DNA from: Synechococcus sp. | GTDB lineage: Bacteria; Cyanobacteriota; Cyanobacteriia; PCC-6307; Cyanobiaceae | Direction: 5' to 3' | DNA length: 64,000 nucleotides | Assembly: GCA_047285535.1 (NCBI GenBank) | Contig: JBJBDC010000001.1 | Location: 2,240,136 to 2,304,135, forward strand | Part shown: positions 63,010 through 64,000 of the stretch, one piece after another | Numbering within the stretch: position 1 is the first letter of the stretch | Layout of the letters: every line of letters begins with the position of its first letter | The notes under the pieces: generated by a model | What the model saw: the letters and a program-made list of their open reading frames with translations, nothing else | What the model was told of the DNA's origin: nothing | The model's database searches: none | Translations under genes and position numbers: made by a program

Positions 63010-64000
63010 TTATTGCTTGCCTTCCAGTTGTACTGAGTCTCGGGTCCATTGCAGAGTCATTTGCTCTGGCAAGGAGCGGCTGCCGGGGGGGCGGCCAGGG
63101 CCGATTGCCAGGCTCAATGCCTCCAGTTGGCGGAAGGAGAGTGTGCGAATGCCCTGTTGCTGAAACCAATGATGCAGCAGGAGTCTCCGAGTGGCTTCTG
63201 GGAAAGCCATGAGCCCGGAGCGTCTCAAACCGCGCTCACAGCGCAACTGTTCAAGGGCCAGTGTTGCGAGGATCCTTTGGGTCTCCTCCACTTGGGACAG
63301 GCCTTCACTGAGTTGGGCGATTCGTTGGCTGCAGCCGGGGTGCAAGTCCTCCAGCACCGGAAGAACCTCGTTGCGAATGCGGTTGCGGCTCAATGTTGGA
63401 TTGGCATTGGAAGGATCCAGCCAAACAGGCAGTTGCAGGTCTTGGCAGATTTGGGCTGTGTCCTTTCGGCTGAAGTTCAGCAGGGGTCTCACTAAACTTG
63501 GACTGGTTCGGTCCTTGTTCTGGAGCAGTCTGATCGGCCGCAGGCTGCAGAGGCCGGCAAGATGCGTCCCTCTGGCGAGTTGAAGCAGCAATGTTTCTGC
63601 TTGGTCGCTTGCGGTATGCGCAGTCAGCACACTTTGGCAGTGCAGATGTTGGCTCAGAGCGGCTAGTTCTTGGTACCGCCAGGTTCGGGCGCTGGCTTCT
63701 GTGCCAGTGGTCTTCGGGGTGCTGGTGCTGATGTGCAGGCGTAGGTTTTGCTCTTTGCACCACGCTGCCAATTCAGCGGCAATCGCTTCTGATTGATTGT
63801 GCCAGCCATGGTCACCATGCCAAAGCTGGAGGTGCCAGTGGTGTAGATGCTGCAGCCCCATGAGCAGGCCAAGTAAGGCCATGGAGTCCTGACCACCGGA
63901 GATGGCCAACAGCAACGTTGCCCCATTGGGAAGCAGGTCCTGCTGCCTCAGCAGTTGGCGGTGCAGTTTGTCGTGCCAGTGCAACCAGGATTTGCAGGCA
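63010..64000 (-). CDS. tilS: tRNA(Ile)-lysidine synthase (frame stays open to the window end)
   Basis: AISGGQDS, AHTASDQAET, RPLL, DPSN and RNRIR. Confidence 0.93.
   Translation of the reverse strand, partial: ACKSWLHWHDKLHRQLLRQQDLLPNGATLLLAISGGQDSMALLGLLMGLQHLHHWHLQLWHGDHGWHNQSEAIAAELAAWCKEQNLRLHISTSTPKTTGTEASARTWRYQELAALSQHLHCQSVLTAHTASDQAETLLLQLARGTHLAGLCSLRPIRLLQNKDRTSPSLVRPLLNFSRKDTAQICQDLQLPVWLDPSNANPTLSRNRIRNEVLPVLEDLHPGCSQRIAQLSEGLSQVEETQRILATLALEQLRCERGLRRSGLMAFPEATRRLLLHHWFQQQGIRTLSFRQLEALSLAIGPGRPPGSRSLPEQMTLQWTRDSVQLEGKQ

Noticed and set aside
1..64000. CRISPR array, rRNA, intact IS element or HIP1 enrichment
   Set aside because: No repeat-spacer array, rRNA or transposase motifs were seen; GCGATCGC occurs only sporadically

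Overview
Chromosomal window of a marine Synechococcus-type picocyanobacterium (~53-55% GC core by eye). Most of it is conserved housekeeping synteny: ftsY-PP2C-argH-rbp-dusA-msrB, pilBTC, grpE-dnaJ, murBC, gap, thiL, efp-accB, pdxA, HNH/SNF2, tRNA-Gly(CCC), cbiD-guaA, then mrdA, sqdXB, thiG, rplT-rpmI, dnaX, clpX-clpP-tig, asd-dapA-rnj and tilS. The one accessory region is an AT-richer ~8 kb island (about 32,340-40,540) inserted at the 3' end of guaA. The last guaA codons (IEWE*) are duplicated at 38,402-38,416, with a degenerate copy at about 40,523. The island holds three tyrosine-recombinase fragments and a decayed serine recombinase that is strongly GpC-depleted and almost alanine-free. 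Its intact cargo is a carbamoyltransferase-SxtJ-SxtK-SGNH hydrolase cassette (gene order like sxtI-J-K-L, with no other saxitoxin genes in the window) and an FkbM methyltransferase. All calls come from reading the sequence and translations by eye; no database search was run.
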